From contig NW_021823644.1 of NCBI RefSeq assembly GCF_006345805.1, forward strand, positions 1-22,210: 22,210 bases of DNA. Reading direction: 5' to 3'. A program made the translations under genes and the position numbers. The stretch's first letter is position 1; each line of letters opens with the position of its first letter. Below, one piece after another: positions 21,111 to 22,210 of this stretch. The stretch comes from Octopus sinensis (taxonomy: Eukaryota). Below the pieces are notes generated by a model. It did no database searches, was not told where the DNA came from, and was given only the letters and a program-made list of their open reading frames with translations.

Positions 21111-21305
21111 ATAAAAAATCCCAGGCGGTGAAAGATTTCAGAAAATTTATAATTTATAAATAGAAGGTCTTACACCTGTTTCCGGGATATTTTATATATC
21201 CCTTCATCGGAGAAGGTGTGAGAAAATGGTAAAGCAATATCCCAGAAACAACTGTAAGACATATTTATAAATGTTCTGAAATCTTTCACAACCTTGGATT
21301 TTTAT
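21111..21305. mobile_element. Fold-back element (~70-80 bp imperfect inverted arms) carrying a hammerhead motif; Penelope pseudo-LTR / retrozyme-like
   Basis: Left arm aaaaatcccaggcggtgaaagatttcagaaaatttataa...gtcttacacctgtttccgggatatt matches the reverse complement of 21236-21303. Confidence 0.75.
21163..21213 (-). ncRNA. Near-complete minimal type I hammerhead ribozyme
   Basis: Minus strand: UCU CCGAUGA A GGGAUAU-AUAAA-AUAUCCC G GAAAC AGGU GUA AGA. Helix I 3 bp, stem II 7 bp, NUH site GUA (21173-21171). Confidence 0.72.
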
Positions 21306-21309
21306 TTCA

Positions 21310-21343
21310 TCTGTGAAATATCTATCTATCTATCTATCTATCT

Positions 21344-21398
<55 letters not shown>

Positions 21399-21412
21399 CT
21401 ATCTATCTATCT

Positions 21413-21500
<88 letters not shown>

Positions 21501-21564
21501 GTACTAAAATCAAAGGTTTTATCCGTTTATTTGAACCATTATCTGTCTGTCTGGCTGTCTGTTG

Positions 21565-21596
<32 letters not shown>

Positions 21597-21638
21597 CATA
21601 CACACCCATATACACGTATGTACATACATACATGCATA

Positions 21639-21680
<42 letters not shown>
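21310..21680. repeat. (TCTA)n, (TC)n, (TA)n, (CA)n microsatellites
   Basis: Direct reading. Confidence 0.93.
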
Positions 21681-21685
<5 letters not shown>

Positions 21686-22210
21686 TCACATACATTCACA
21701 AACGCGCCTACCCATGTGCGGATGCAAAAATAAATATCACCAACGGGGTCTCGTTTTTCTCATTCACACACCAGATCTTTCTCCTAATTCCGACGACTTA
21801 CCTGATCCTCCATTATTTTCCAATCATTGTTTCCTACTAACTATTTATCGACCTCTCTTTAAATCTATTGTTCTTGCCTCTGTGTATGTTATTGTCTCAT
21901 ATACACCCATACACATCCTGGTATTGCTAACCAAGTGAAACCCATGGTAATATACCTCAAAACATTATATTAATCGTCAGGTAGCGCAAAATACTTCCTC
22001 TACAGAAGGCTGTTTTTATTTTAATGTGTATTCGATAACTCGATGCTACGCACACAAACACACGCATGCGTAATATACAAAACATTGAAGCTATAGACAA
22101 CACGACGTCATATTTTATTTCACAAGACGTACACAACAGTGTAAACAACCGACAATGATGATAGTAATACATACATACATACATACATACATGCACACAC
22201 ACTGTACACA

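Noticed and set aside
346-22202. Dozens of long ORFs (poly-YI, VC, HT, LS, D, H, M etc.)
   Set aside because: They are translations of stop-free microsatellites, with no domain content or splice structure.

Overview
Eukaryotic, AT-rich, microsatellite-saturated non-coding DNA. The repeat families look like those of coleoid cephalopods (Octopus); this rests on my recall of repeat motifs, not on a search. I find no host protein-coding exon. Almost every ORF in the supplied track is translated microsatellite; the only real coding signals are dead transposon fragments. These are an R4/Dong-type RLE-LINE 3' end (1541-2100, -), an RTE LINE (9141-10835, -) and a mariner-derived MITE (4567-4783). There are also about ten tRNA-derived SINE copies or fragments with shuffled head and tail modules, and a probable non-autonomous Helitron. 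The most interesting signal is a dispersed set of minimal hammerhead-ribozyme-like motifs (core ... stem II ... GAAAC-palindromic loop-GUH). They are near-complete at 21163-21213(-) and 16163-16242(-), partial at 2762-2850(+) and 20726-20778(+), stem-II-less at 19897-19923(-), and a decayed G3/C8-swapped candidate at 17189-17239(+). Three of them sit inside long fold-back inverted repeats, one a 135-bp near-perfect palindrome. This fits Penelope-like-element pseudo-LTRs or retrozyme-like non-autonomous elements that fold back at the ribozyme hairpin. None of this has been tested computationally or experimentally.
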